Assembly (NCBI GenBank): GCA_965208125.1
Contig: OZ242320.1
Location: 2,784,001 to 2,848,000 of the forward strand
Length of the DNA stretch: 64,000 bases
Direction: 5' to 3'
Source of the DNA: Candidatus Latescibacterota bacterium
Lineage (GTDB): Bacteria; Latescibacterota; UBA2968
The position numbers and the translations under genes were made by a program. Under the pieces are notes generated by a model. That model was not told the DNA's origin and did no database searches. It was given only the letters and a program-made list of their open reading frames with translations. Shown here piece by piece: positions 27,119 through 37,246 of the stretch. The first letter of the stretch is position 1; every line of letters begins with the position of its first letter.

Positions 27119-29106
27119 TAAGGTGGCTTGTATTGGAAAATTTTTTTTTCAAACTACGATCGCGAACTACTGACCCGTTTGCGCGATTGAAAAATTATCT
27201 GAAATTTCGCGTTGAGCGATTGTTGTTGAGCGGAGCACATTCTCGATTGCTATTTATCGCGTCCTTAATTGGCATTGTCGCTGTTGGTGGGGGGTTGCTG
27301 GTGCAAGAAACGGATGCGCCTTTTGATGATAGCGAAACAGCTATCTGGTGGGCATTTTTGCGTTTGACCGATCCGGGTTATTTGGGGGATGACGAAGGGC
27401 TTGCCCGCCGCGTGATTTCAACGGTGGTAACGGTGCTTGGGTACGTGCTTTTTATGGGGTCGTTGATCGCGATTATGACGCAGTGGCTCAATCAGACAAT
27501 TCGCGATTTTGAGCGCGGGCTTACGCCCATTGTGCGTCGCAATCACATTTTGATTTTGGGATGGACCAATCGCACGTCTGAAATTGTCAGCGAGTTGATG
27601 CGCGCCGAAGGTCGCGTGCGCCGGTTTTTACAACTGCTCGGTGCGCGCGGATTACATGTGGTGATTCTTTCCGAAGACGTGAGTTTAGAGCGCACAATGG
27701 AATTGCGGAGAGCACTGGGTCCTTTGTGGAATCCTAAGAAGATTACATTTCGGTCGGGGATACCCCTGCGGATAGAACATCTGGAGCGCGTGGATTTCCA
27801 AAACGCGGGTGCCATTATTTTGCCCGGTGCTGATTTTGCTTATGGCAGTGCGGATGAATCGGATACGCGTATCATAAAAACACTGTTGTCGATATCGACT
27901 CAGCGGGAAAAAGAAGATGAGATAGAAGTTCTGCCTTTGCTGGTGACAGAAATTTTCGATTCCGACAAAGTGTTTATGGCAAAGAGAGCCTATCGGGGTA
28001 TTTTAGAGATTTTGGCGAGTGATCTTTTTATTACGCGATGTATGGCGCAAAATGTGCGTCATCCGGGATTGTCACAGGTGTTCCACGATATCTTGTCGCA
28101 CGGGGTTGGCAATGAGGTCTATGTGCGAATGTGCGAGGAGTTTATAGGTTTTCGTTTTGGCGATCTATCAGCTGCGTATCCCAAAGCGATTTTGCTGGGC
28201 GTGGTGCGTCCTCAAGGTGAAACATTTTGCCCCCTGCTCAATCCACCCGGGGATCTGATTTTGGAATCAGAAGACCGTCTGGTCTTTTTGGCAGAAGGAT
28301 ACGAGGATTGTGAACCTCTGAGAAATTATCAGTTAGAACGTGTATCGCGTAAATTTCAAGAGGTGCCCCATGTGACGGAAAAAGGCAAACGACGCATCTT
28401 AATTTTAGGATGGAATCACAAAGCTGCGGTTTTGCTTAAAGAATTCGGCAGGCAAATGCGCGAACAATTTGAGATCGCGGTTTTGTCTCTTATACCCCCG
28501 GCACAAAGAGAAGCTGAAGTGGCGCAAAAAGGTATTGACCCGCGCCGAGTCGTTGTCACCCATCGCGAAGGCGACCCCACTTCTCTATCAGATTTAAGAG
28601 AAATGGATCCAGGTGGGTATGACAATGTGGTGATTTTGGGCAGTGACTGGGTAGAGACACAGGAAGAGTCAGATGCGCGGACGATTGTGGGACATCTGGT
28701 GCTGAGGAATGTGCTGGATGAGAGCACGCATGAACCAGAAATTCTGGTTGATTTGATGGATTCCGAAAATGTGGCGCTATTTGAAGATTACGATACAGAG
28801 GTTCTGGTTACGCCAATGATCGCAAGCCATGTGCTGGCACAGGTTGCGTTGCGTCGGGAGATCAATGTCGTTTATGAAGAGTTATTTGCCGCCGGTGGTG
28901 CAGAAATTTTCTTTCGCCGGGTTTCAGATTACGGCATAGCAGGTAAAAATGTGAACTTTGGAGAAATAAAAGAGATGTCGGCCTGGCGGGGCGAAATCGC
29001 GCTGGGTATTCGCCAAAACGGCGGGGTTGCGCTCAATCCGACGCCTGATGAGCCATGTGTGCTAAGTGAATCGGATGATCTTATTGTATTGGTTCGGGAG
29101 GATTAA
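27115..29106 (+). CDS. CASTOR/POLLUX-related ion channel (TM plus two RCK domains)
   Basis: WWAFLRLTDPGYLGDD pore region; two HILILGW/RILILGW RCK starts; NP motifs. Confidence 0.85.
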   Translation: MIRWLVLENFFFKLRSRTTDPFARLKNYLKFRVERLLLSGAHSRLLFIASLIGIVAVGGGLLVQETDAPFDDSETAIWWAFLRLTDPGYLGDDEGLARRVISTVVTVLGYVLFMGSLIAIMTQWLNQTIRDFERGLTPIVRRNHILILGWTNRTSEIVSELMRAEGRVRRFLQLLGARGLHVVILSEDVSLERTMELRRALGPLWNPKKITFRSGIPLRIEHLERVDFQNAGAIILPGADFAYGSADESDTRIIKTLLSISTQREKEDEIEVLPLLVTEIFDSDKVFMAKRAYRGILEILASDLFITRCMAQNVRHPGLSQVFHDILSHGVGNEVYVRMCEEFIGFRFGDLSAAYPKAILLGVVRPQGETFCPLLNPPGDLILESEDRLVFLAEGYEDCEPLRNYQLERVSRKFQEVPHVTEKGKRRILILGWNHKAAVLLKEFGRQMREQFEIAVLSLIPPAQREAEVAQKGIDPRRVVVTHREGDPTSLSDLREMDPGGYDNVVILGSDWVETQEESDARTIVGHLVLRNVLDESTHEPEILVDLMDSENVALFEDYDTEVLVTPMIASHVLAQVALRREINVVYEELFAAGGAEIFFRRVSDYGIAGKNVNFGEIKEMSAWRGEIALGIRQNGGVALNPTPDEPCVLSESDDLIVLVRED

Positions 29107-29108
29107 GT

Positions 29109-29996
29109 ATGAATCCCTGGGATAATTTACGCACGGTAATTGAGGAACCAATCGTTTCTTTCGGCGAAATAGAAATAACGCCAGCTATTTTGCTGACGGC
29201 TACGCTGATTATCCTTATTGCGTATGGTATATCGCGGTTGTTGCAGCGGATGTTGCGGCGTGGCGTATTTGAACGGCTACGCTTAAACGAGGGTTCGCAG
29301 TCAGCTATATGTCGCCTATTGCACATTGTTATTATGTGCATCGGCGTATTTATCGCCATAGAATATACCGGGATTAATCTGACGACATTGGCTGCGGTCA
29401 GTGCGGTATTGCTGGTGGGGATTGGTCTGGGGTTGCAAACTATTACCCACAATTTTATCAGCGGACTCATTATGTTATTTGAGCGCCCCGTGCAGGAGGG
29501 AGATTTTGTGGAGGTGGGCGGCGTGCAAGGTAGTGTGCAGGCGGTCAATGCATATAGCACGAAAGTCGAGACCCTGGATAATGTGACGATTATTGTGCCC
29601 AATTCAAAATTTCTATCTGAAAATGTCACAAACTGGAGCTTTCAAGAGTCAAAAGTGCGTATTCATGTGTCTGTGGGGGTGTCCTACGGTTCCGATGTGG
29701 AACTGGTCGCGAAGACGTTGTTGGAGGTGGGACGGGCGCATCCAGAGGTTTTGTCCAATCCCGAGCCGCAGATGCAGTTTCTGGGCTTTGGCGATAGTTC
29801 GCTGAATTTTGATTTGCTGGTGTGGATTGAGGATCCGACCCGTCAGTATTTTGTGATTAGCGATTTGAATTTTGCAATCGTCCAGGCATTTCGAGAGCGG
29901 GATATCGAGATTCCATTTCCGCAGCGGGATTTACACGTGCGAAGTGCCGTGCCCATGCATTTGCCGACATCATCTGAAAATGAGCGGGAAGAATAA
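29109..29996 (+). CDS. Small-conductance mechanosensitive channel (MscS family)
   Basis: GIGLGLQ...NFISGLI..FERP, VPNS, VGVSYGSD, FGDSSL, IEIPFPQRD. Confidence 0.93.
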   Translation: MNPWDNLRTVIEEPIVSFGEIEITPAILLTATLIILIAYGISRLLQRMLRRGVFERLRLNEGSQSAICRLLHIVIMCIGVFIAIEYTGINLTTLAAVSAVLLVGIGLGLQTITHNFISGLIMLFERPVQEGDFVEVGGVQGSVQAVNAYSTKVETLDNVTIIVPNSKFLSENVTNWSFQESKVRIHVSVGVSYGSDVELVAKTLLEVGRAHPEVLSNPEPQMQFLGFGDSSLNFDLLVWIEDPTRQYFVISDLNFAIVQAFRERDIEIPFPQRDLHVRSAVPMHLPTSSENEREE

Positions 29997-31258
29997 TGTC
30001 ATTAGATAGACGACCTGTTGCCGGTGCATTGATGGTGGGATTTGCAGCGAGTTTTTTGTTGTGTGGTTATGAGTTTGTGCGGAGTGTATCCACGTCGTTG
30101 TTCATCGGGGCGTATGGGGCGCACAATTTGCCTTTTGTTATGACGCTGACGCCTCTGGGTACGTTTGGTATGGTTTGGATGTATGGGGTGTTGTTGTCGC
30201 GATTTGGGTCGCGGCAGACTTTGTTTTTGACGTCGGTGCTTTCGGGTGGGGGTATTCTGGCGTGTTATGGGGGGATTTTATCTGGTTTTCATCCAGCGAT
30301 CGGGGTGTTATATGTGCTGCGCGAAGCGTATATTGTGCTGATTATTGAGCAATACTGGTCGTTTATCAATAGCGTCTTGCGCGATGATCAGGGGCGAAAG
30401 TACAATGGTCCGATCTGTGGGATTGCATCGGTGGGTGCGATTTGTGGAGGTTTGATTGTAGGGCAAACGGCGAAGGTGATAGGCAGTGAACATCTGTTGA
30501 TTTTTGCAGGGTTATCGCTTTTGCCAGCAGCGGTTCTGGCGTGGTGGGCTTATGGTTTAGGGGGTGTGCCGGTTCAGGAGCCGGAAAAGCGGGGCAAGCT
30601 GGCATTGGGTTTGTTTCGGGATATTCCGACTTTGCGCTATCTCGCAGGTTTGATTTTTGTGACGCAGATGGTGTCGGCGGTGCTGGATCTGCGGTTCAGT
30701 GGGCTGGTGGAAACGGCTTTGCCGATGCAGGACGAACGCACTGCGTATCTTGGGCATTTTTATGCGTTGTTGAATGCATGTGCATTTGTGTTTCAATTTG
30801 GCGTTGCGCCCTTGTTGCTGCATTTTGTGTCGTTGCGAACCGCACATCTCGGTATTCCGGTGGTTCATCTGATAACGTGTGGGGTGTTGTTGGCATATCC
30901 GACTCTGACTACTGGTGCGTTGGCTTATCTGGTGTTTAAGACGCTGGATTATTCGGTATTTCGGGCGGCAAAAGAGTTGCTCTATATTCCGCTTTCGTTC
31001 GATGCGAGGTACCGGGCAAAAGAAGTGATCGATGCTTTTGGTTATCGCGCGTCAAAGGGGATGACTTCGGGGTTGATCGCTCTGGCGGGGACCATTTCTT
31101 ACAGGGTTTTCAATATTGGACGGTTGCCGGGATCAGTATATCCGCTTGTCGCTTTGGGCGCGCTGGGTGTATGGAGTTGGATCGCGTGGGCAATTACAAG
31201 ATCGGAGGATGATAGGGGCCGGCGACTACGGGTTTCAGAGGAAGTTGCTGATTTTTAG
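29996..31258 (+). CDS. TLC/Npt-like (nucleotide translocase-related) MFS transporter
   Basis: About 11 TM helices; DYSVFRAAKELLYIPL...RYRAKEVID motif. Confidence 0.65.
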   Translation: MSLDRRPVAGALMVGFAASFLLCGYEFVRSVSTSLFIGAYGAHNLPFVMTLTPLGTFGMVWMYGVLLSRFGSRQTLFLTSVLSGGGILACYGGILSGFHPAIGVLYVLREAYIVLIIEQYWSFINSVLRDDQGRKYNGPICGIASVGAICGGLIVGQTAKVIGSEHLLIFAGLSLLPAAVLAWWAYGLGGVPVQEPEKRGKLALGLFRDIPTLRYLAGLIFVTQMVSAVLDLRFSGLVETALPMQDERTAYLGHFYALLNACAFVFQFGVAPLLLHFVSLRTAHLGIPVVHLITCGVLLAYPTLTTGALAYLVFKTLDYSVFRAAKELLYIPLSFDARYRAKEVIDAFGYRASKGMTSGLIALAGTISYRVFNIGRLPGSVYPLVALGALGVWSWIAWAITRSEDDRGRRLRVSEEVADF

Positions 31259-31266
31259 ATGAATGC

Positions 31267-31295
31267 TTGACACAAAATACCAAAACCTCTATTTT
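31267..31295 (+). promoter_or_regulatory. sigma70-type promoter of the ileS leader
   Basis: TTGACA-N17-TATTTT. Confidence 0.65.
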
Positions 31296-31325
31296 TAATC
31301 GCGCTGATAGGAAAAGGATAAAAAT

Positions 31326-31463
31326 ATGAACACAACCCGTCAAACATCCCCACAACTGAGAAAGGGTCCTGCCCAGGTGACAGGTTATCTGACACCGGGC
31401 AGTGCCATTGGGGTTATACGTATATATGCCGCGGAGATGCCTGTGGGGTGTTGTTTGTCTTAA
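31326..31463 (+). CDS. Candidate ileS leader peptide (45 aa)
   Basis: AAGGA RBS; MNTTRQ...AIGVIRIY...CCLS* with Ile codons ATT, ATA, ATA clustered. Confidence 0.5.
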   Translation: MNTTRQTSPQLRKGPAQVTGYLTPGSAIGVIRIYAAEMPVGCCLS

Positions 31464-31486
31464 GCTATATACTTTTTGTATGACAC

Positions 31487-31519
31487 ACCGCCAGAGGCGT
31501 TTGCCGTGGCGGTTTTTTG
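31487..31519 (+). terminator. Attenuator-type terminator in the ileS leader
   Basis: ACCGCCA-gaGGC-gttt-GCC-g-TGGCGGT followed by a T-run, about 45 nt before the ileS start. Confidence 0.7.
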
Positions 31520-31562
31520 TTGTACGCAGGGATGTTCTTTGAACGACTTCAAGGAGTTTTTA

Positions 31563-34500
31563 ATGTTTAAAAAAGTAGATACAAATGTGAATTTTCCCCA
31601 AGAGGAAGAAAAGGTGCTCGCTTTTTGGGATGAGATCAGGGCATTTGAAAAATCGCTCGAGATCAGAAAGAATAACGATGAATACGTTTTTTACGATGGG
31701 CCGCCTTTTGCGACGGGTCTGCCGCATTACGGACATTTGCTGGCCGGGACGATCAAAGATGTGATCCCGCGCTATCAAACTATGAATGGCAAATACGTAG
31801 ATCGCGTCTTTGGATGGGACTGTCACGGCTTGCCCGTAGAATACGAGCTTAGCCAAGAATTGGGCCTGAATAGCAAAAGCGAGATTGAAGAGTACGGGAT
31901 TGCGGAATACAATGAGGCCTGTCGGGGTATTGTTTTGCGCTATACTGCCGAATGGCGACAATTTGTCAAACGCATTGGGCGCTGGGTCGATTTTGAGAAT
32001 GGGTACCGCACGATGGACCGCGATTATATGGAGTCTATCTGGTGGGTGTTCAAACAGCTTTGGGACAAGGGCTTGATCTATGAGGGGCACAAAATTTTGC
32101 CTTATTGCCCACAGGATGCGACACCTCTGTCCAATTTTGAGGCCAATCAGGGTTATGAGTCCGTGCAGGATCCGGCTATTACCGTTGCGTTCAAGCTCAA
32201 AGATGAACCGGATACATATCTGCTGGCGTGGACGACGACGCCCTGGACACTGCCGTCAAATCTGGCAATGACTGTGCACGAAGATATAGATTACGTGTAT
32301 GTCAAAGATGAGGATGTGACGTACGTTCTCGCTGAGGCGCGTGTGGATACCTATTATCCCTCGGGCAGACCCGAGATTGTCAGGACTGTAAAGGGGAAGG
32401 AACTTCTGGGTCTGCAATACGAACCGCTTTTCCCCTATTTTGAAGATCTGCGCGCGGAGGGGGCGTTCCGCATTATTACAGCCGAGTTTGTGACCACTGA
32501 AGAAGGAACGGGTATTGTCCACACGGCACCTGGATTTGGCGAAGACGATGCCGAAGCCGGTCGCGTTCACGGCGTTCCGGCTGTTTGTCCGATTGATGCC
32601 GAATGCCGTTTTACGTCTGAGGTGAATGACTACGAGGGGCGTTTTGTCAAGGACTGTGATAGCGATATTGTGAATCGCTTAAAAGAGGAGGGCAAGCTCG
32701 TTCACCGCTCTACACATCACCACAGTTATCCCCATTGCTGGCGGTGTGAGTCGCCCCTTATTTACAGGGCGATTTCGACGTGGTTTGTCAATATTGAGGA
32801 GATTAAAGAGAAGATGCTCCGTGCAAACGCGCAGATCCACTGGGTGCCCGAACATATCAAGGCGGGACGTTTTGGCAATTGGCTGGAAAATGCGCGGGAT
32901 TGGGCGATTTCTCGCAATCGCTATTGGGGTTGCCCACTTCCACTGTGGCGAAATGAGGAGACGGGTGAGACTGTGTGTGTTGGCTCTATCGGCGAGCTGG
33001 AGGAACGCACGGGTGGTAAGTTTGACGATATCCACAAGCATTTTATGGATCCCGTGATTATTGAAGGTGAAACGGGACCTCTTACCCGCGTGCCCGAAGT
33101 GCTCGATTGCTGGTTTGAGAGCGGTTCTATGCCTTATGCACAACGCCATTATCCGTTTGAAAATAAAGATTGGCTGGACGCGCATTTTCCGGCGGATTTT
33201 ATCGCGGAGGGATTGGATCAGACGCGGGGCTGGTTTTATACGCTCGTGGTGCTCGGCGCTGCCCTTTTTGACCGTCCGCCGTTTGAGAATGTCGTGGTCA
33301 ATGGCATGATTCTCGCCGAAGATGGGCGCAAAATGTCCAAGCGGTTGAAGAATTATCCCGATCCGATGCATATTATGAATACGTATGGTGCGGATGCTCT
33401 GCGTCTCAATATGCTGTCTTCACCTGTGGTGCGCGGGGAAGATCTCGCGTTTTCGGAACAGGGGGTTCAAAAGACGATGCGCAGCGTCTTGCTGCCTTTG
33501 TGGAATGCGTATAGTTTTCTGGTGACTTATGCGCGTGTTGATAACTGGCAGCCCACGTCGGAACGGTCAGATCACCCGCTTGACCGCTGGATCCGCGCGC
33601 GTTTGAATCATCTGGTGCGCGATATTCGCCAGGGTCTGGATCGCTGTCACCTGCAAACAGCGGCTACGCGATTTGCAACATTTATCGACGATATGACCAA
33701 CTGGTATATCCGACGCAGCCGGCGGCGATTCTGGAAGAGCGATAATGATAGCGATAAATTGTCTGCCTATGCGACGCTCTATCATGTGCTTTTGACGCTG
33801 GTTAAAGCATTGGCTCCTTTTGCGCCGTTTATCACGGAGACTATCTACCGGAATTTGCGCGCGAGCGATATGCCGGAGTCCGTGCATTTGTGCGATTATC
33901 CCGATGTGATCGAAGCCGATCTGGATGAGAGATTGGAACAGCAGATGGCGCGTACGCGAACAGCGGTTGGGTTGGGCAGGTTTTTGCGGAGTCAGGCCAA
34001 TGCGAGGACCCGACATCCGTTGCGTACGGCGATTCTCGTGTCCATGCAGGAGGATGTGCGCGAAGATCTCAAGGCGTTACAGGATATTGTCGCGGATGAG
34101 TTAAATGTGAAAGAGGTGGATATTCGCGACGATGAAGAAGCAGTGGTGACGCTTTCAGCAAAAGCCAATTTCAGGGCATTGGGGCCGCGTTTGGGGAAAA
34201 ATATGAGGGTGGCTGCGGAGAAGATTGCGGGTCTCGGCTTTGAGGAAATCCAATCTCTGCGCGAAGGTCACGCGCTGACATTGGAATTAGATGGTGCGGA
34301 GCCTTTAGATCTCACGGTGGATGATATTTTGATCCAGCGCGAAGAGAAAGAAGATATGGCTGTGGCCAATGAAGGCGATATTACGGTGGCGCTGGATTTG
34401 CACAGGGATGAAAATTTAGTACGCGAAGGTCTGGCGCGCGAGATTGTCCATGTGATTCAAAATATCCGGAAGGAGAAGGGGCTGGATGTATCCGATCGGA

Positions 34501-34682
34501 TTGCGGTGACATATATGGATAATGGCAATTCTCTGGCACCTGCTTTCGATCAGTTTCGAGATTATATCATGGGTGAAACGCTCTGTACGAGATTGGTTCG
34601 CGCAGATGAGGTGGATGGCGATGCGATTGATATAGAGGGTCAGGCCGTGCGGTTTCTCGTCGAGAAAACAAGTGTGTTCTAA
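31563..34682 (+). CDS. ileS: Isoleucine--tRNA ligase, type 2
   Basis: FYDGPPFATGLPHYGH, GWDCHGLP, WTTTPWT, DQTRGWF, KMSKR; AAGGAG RBS before ATG 31563. Confidence 0.97.
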   Translation: MFKKVDTNVNFPQEEEKVLAFWDEIRAFEKSLEIRKNNDEYVFYDGPPFATGLPHYGHLLAGTIKDVIPRYQTMNGKYVDRVFGWDCHGLPVEYELSQELGLNSKSEIEEYGIAEYNEACRGIVLRYTAEWRQFVKRIGRWVDFENGYRTMDRDYMESIWWVFKQLWDKGLIYEGHKILPYCPQDATPLSNFEANQGYESVQDPAITVAFKLKDEPDTYLLAWTTTPWTLPSNLAMTVHEDIDYVYVKDEDVTYVLAEARVDTYYPSGRPEIVRTVKGKELLGLQYEPLFPYFEDLRAEGAFRIITAEFVTTEEGTGIVHTAPGFGEDDAEAGRVHGVPAVCPIDAECRFTSEVNDYEGRFVKDCDSDIVNRLKEEGKLVHRSTHHHSYPHCWRCESPLIYRAISTWFVNIEEIKEKMLRANAQIHWVPEHIKAGRFGNWLENARDWAISRNRYWGCPLPLWRNEETGETVCVGSIGELEERTGGKFDDIHKHFMDPVIIEGETGPLTRVPEVLDCWFESGSMPYAQRHYPFENKDWLDAHFPADFIAEGLDQTRGWFYTLVVLGAALFDRPPFENVVVNGMILAEDGRKMSKRLKNYPDPMHIMNTYGADALRLNMLSSPVVRGEDLAFSEQGVQKTMRSVLLPLWNAYSFLVTYARVDNWQPTSERSDHPLDRWIRARLNHLVRDIRQGLDRCHLQTAATRFATFIDDMTNWYIRRSRRRFWKSDNDSDKLSAYATLYHVLLTLVKALAPFAPFITETIYRNLRASDMPESVHLCDYPDVIEADLDERLEQQMARTRTAVGLGRFLRSQANARTRHPLRTAILVSMQEDVREDLKALQDIVADELNVKEVDIRDDEEAVVTLSAKANFRALGPRLGKNMRVAAEKIAGLGFEEIQSLREGHALTLELDGAEPLDLTVDDILIQREEKEDMAVANEGDITVALDLHRDENLVREGLAREIVHVIQNIRKEKGLDVSDRIAVTYMDNGNSLAPAFDQFRDYIMGETLCTRLVRADEVDGDAIDIEGQAVRFLVEKTSVF

Positions 34683-34720
34683 AATCAGCGGCTCGGTGTA
34701 CAAAGAAAGAAAGGGCTACG

Positions 34721-37168
34721 ATGCAACATCACGCACGGGTCGTTATTATCGGTGCTGGTATTGCCGGCACCAGTGTCGCCTATCACCTTGGACAACTGGG
34801 GTGGAGGGACATTGTGGTCCTGGAAAAGGGGCCTCTGTTCAAAACCGGCGGCTCGACCTCCCACGCCCCTGGCCTCGTTTTCCAGGTCAATGTTTCGCGC
34901 ATGATGTCTGTCTTTGCACGCGAGACGACCCAGCTCTACCAACGCCTCAGTTCATCCGGCGACGAGTCATTGTGGTTTGAGGTCGGCGGATTGGAAGTCG
35001 CGACGACGCCCGAGCGGTTCAACGACCTCAAGCGCAAGGTCGGGGCCGGTCGGGCCTGGGGCATTGATACAGGCTTGCTCGGTCCGGCGGAAGCCCGTGC
35101 GAAGATCTCCCTTCTGTCCGATTCGATCTACGGTGCGCTGTACACGCCGAGTGACGGCATTGCACGGGCCTGGCAACTGGCCGAGGCTATGGCCGATCAC
35201 GCTCAGGCTGGTGGGGCCGCGAGGTTTTATGGAAATACCACAGTAACCGGCATTGACGTGGTTGAGGGGCGCGTGGTTGCGGTGCATACCGATCGCGGGC
35301 ATATCCGCACCGAGGCCATTGTCTGCGCCGCCGGGATATGGGGGCGCCTGATCGGTCAGATGGCTGGCGTTTCCCTGCCTCTGGTGCCTTTTTGTCACCT
35401 GTACGCCGAAACAGATCCTTTGCCCGAACTCGCTGGCGAAACCGTGCAGTATCGGCACCCTATTCTCCGCCATCAGGACCGGGCGATCTACTGTCGGCAA
35501 GAGGGCCAGGCCTACATCATCGGCTCCTACGACCACGAGCCTGTGCGCGTCGAGCCGGAGAATATCGAATCGCACGCGGAAGCCCTCGAGATGCCCTCAA
35601 TGCGACCCTGGTCGGCTGCGGCCTTTCGCAAGGGGATGATCTCGGCTGGCGAATTGCTGCCTGCACTCAGCCGCGCCGCGCTGACCCGCAAGGTCAACGG
35701 CCTGTTGCTGTTTACGCCAGACGGAATGCCCGTGCTCGGCGAAGCTCCTAACGTCAAGGGGTTTTGGTCGGCCGAGGCGGTGTGGATCACGCATGCTGGC
35801 GGTGTCGGCAAGGCGGTCGCCGAATGGATGGCAAATGGTCAGCCAACCATGGATTTGCGCCACGCCGACCTCGCCCGCTTCCTTCCCTTCCAACGCACCG
35901 CGTCTTATACCGTCCAGCGCAGTACGCAGCAATACCGTGAGGTGTACGACATCATTCATCCGGCGCAGCCGATAGACGCCCCGCGCGGCCTGCGTCTTCT
36001 TCCATACCACCAACGCTATCGGGAACTGGGGGCCGTTTTTATCGAAAGCGCGGGATGGGAACGGCCTCAGTGGTTTGAGACCAACGCGGTCCCCACTGAC
36101 CACAGTCACACCCGCAGCGGCTGGGCGGCGCGTTTTTGGTCGCCGATCATCGGCACAGAGCACCGCGCTGTCCGCGAGCGCGTGGGGCTTTTTGACCTGA
36201 CTCCGTTTGCCAAATTTCGTGTATTCGGGCCCGGGGCCCTGACGTTTTTGGACTATTTGGCCGCCAACCGCATGGACCAACCCCAGGGCCGTATTACCTA
36301 TACCTCAATGCTTACGCCACAGGGGGGCATCCAGTGCGATCTTACTGTAACACGCCTTGCCGACGATCAATTCCTCATCGTCACAGGTGGTAGTACCGCC
36401 AAGCGCGACAAAGCGTGGATCCGCCGCCACATGCCCACAGATGGCTCGGTTGTCCTGTCCGATGAGAGCAGCCGCTGGTGTTGTTTAGGCGTTTGGGGTC
36501 CCAGGGCTCGCGAACTACTGCGTCGCATTACCGACGCTGACGTGTCTGACCACGCATTTCCCTACCTGACTGCGCAGCATCTCGACATCGGCGCGATTCC
36601 GGTTCTTGCTTTGCGGATTTCCTATGTCGGCGAACTCGGCTGGGAACTTTACGCGCCGTTTGAGTTTGGGCAAGCTCTGTGGGATGAACTTTGGCAAGCC
36701 GGACAGCCAGATGGCGCAATTGCCGCCGGGCTGGGAGCCTTTGAGTCCCTGAGGCTCGAAAAGGGCTATCGGCTTTGGGGCAACGAACTCCACACTGAGT
36801 ACAATCCGCTGGAGGCCGGGCTATCTTTTGCAGTGCGGATGGAGAAGGGGGACTTCATCGGGCGTGCGGCTCTCGCCAGGACCCGTGAGCAAGGTTCGGC
36901 GCGAAAACTCTGCTGTCTGACCCTCGACGCACCAAACGCGGTGGTGATGGGGAACGAGTCGATTTGGATTGACGACAGAATATGCGGTTATGTCACCAGT
37001 GCCAACTACGGCTATTCCATTGACCGCGGTATCGCCTACTGTTATCTGCCGGTGCAACACGCCCGCGTGGGAACTCAGGTTGAGATCGAATACTTTGGTG
37101 AGTCTCTCCCAGCTACGGTCGCTTCCGAACCCCTGTGGGATCCGCAGATGACGCGCCTCAAGTGCTGA
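34721..37168 (+). CDS. FAD-dependent dimethylglycine/sarcosine dehydrogenase-like protein (GcvT-domain fusion)
   Basis: GAGIAG, GSTSHAPG, FTPDGMP, GWERP, SYVGELGWE, SLRLEKGY. Confidence 0.9.
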   Translation: MQHHARVVIIGAGIAGTSVAYHLGQLGWRDIVVLEKGPLFKTGGSTSHAPGLVFQVNVSRMMSVFARETTQLYQRLSSSGDESLWFEVGGLEVATTPERFNDLKRKVGAGRAWGIDTGLLGPAEARAKISLLSDSIYGALYTPSDGIARAWQLAEAMADHAQAGGAARFYGNTTVTGIDVVEGRVVAVHTDRGHIRTEAIVCAAGIWGRLIGQMAGVSLPLVPFCHLYAETDPLPELAGETVQYRHPILRHQDRAIYCRQEGQAYIIGSYDHEPVRVEPENIESHAEALEMPSMRPWSAAAFRKGMISAGELLPALSRAALTRKVNGLLLFTPDGMPVLGEAPNVKGFWSAEAVWITHAGGVGKAVAEWMANGQPTMDLRHADLARFLPFQRTASYTVQRSTQQYREVYDIIHPAQPIDAPRGLRLLPYHQRYRELGAVFIESAGWERPQWFETNAVPTDHSHTRSGWAARFWSPIIGTEHRAVRERVGLFDLTPFAKFRVFGPGALTFLDYLAANRMDQPQGRITYTSMLTPQGGIQCDLTVTRLADDQFLIVTGGSTAKRDKAWIRRHMPTDGSVVLSDESSRWCCLGVWGPRARELLRRITDADVSDHAFPYLTAQHLDIGAIPVLALRISYVGELGWELYAPFEFGQALWDELWQAGQPDGAIAAGLGAFESLRLEKGYRLWGNELHTEYNPLEAGLSFAVRMEKGDFIGRAALARTREQGSARKLCCLTLDAPNAVVMGNESIWIDDRICGYVTSANYGYSIDRGIAYCYLPVQHARVGTQVEIEYFGESLPATVASEPLWDPQMTRLKC

Positions 37169-37189
37169 GAACCTGGCAGGTTGCTAAAA

Positions 37190-37222
37190 AATAATACGCC
37201 CTCCTTTCGGGGGCGTATTATT
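37190..37222. terminator. Hairpin between convergent genes
   Basis: AATAATACGCCC-N9-GGGCGTATTATT. Confidence 0.75.
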
Positions 37223-37246
37223 GTCTCAGGTGATTGGAGCACTCTG

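Noticed and set aside
31326-31520. T-box or TPP riboswitch in the ileS leader
   Set aside because: No GGTGGNACC T-box motif; CTGAGA is present but the other TPP core motifs are missing.
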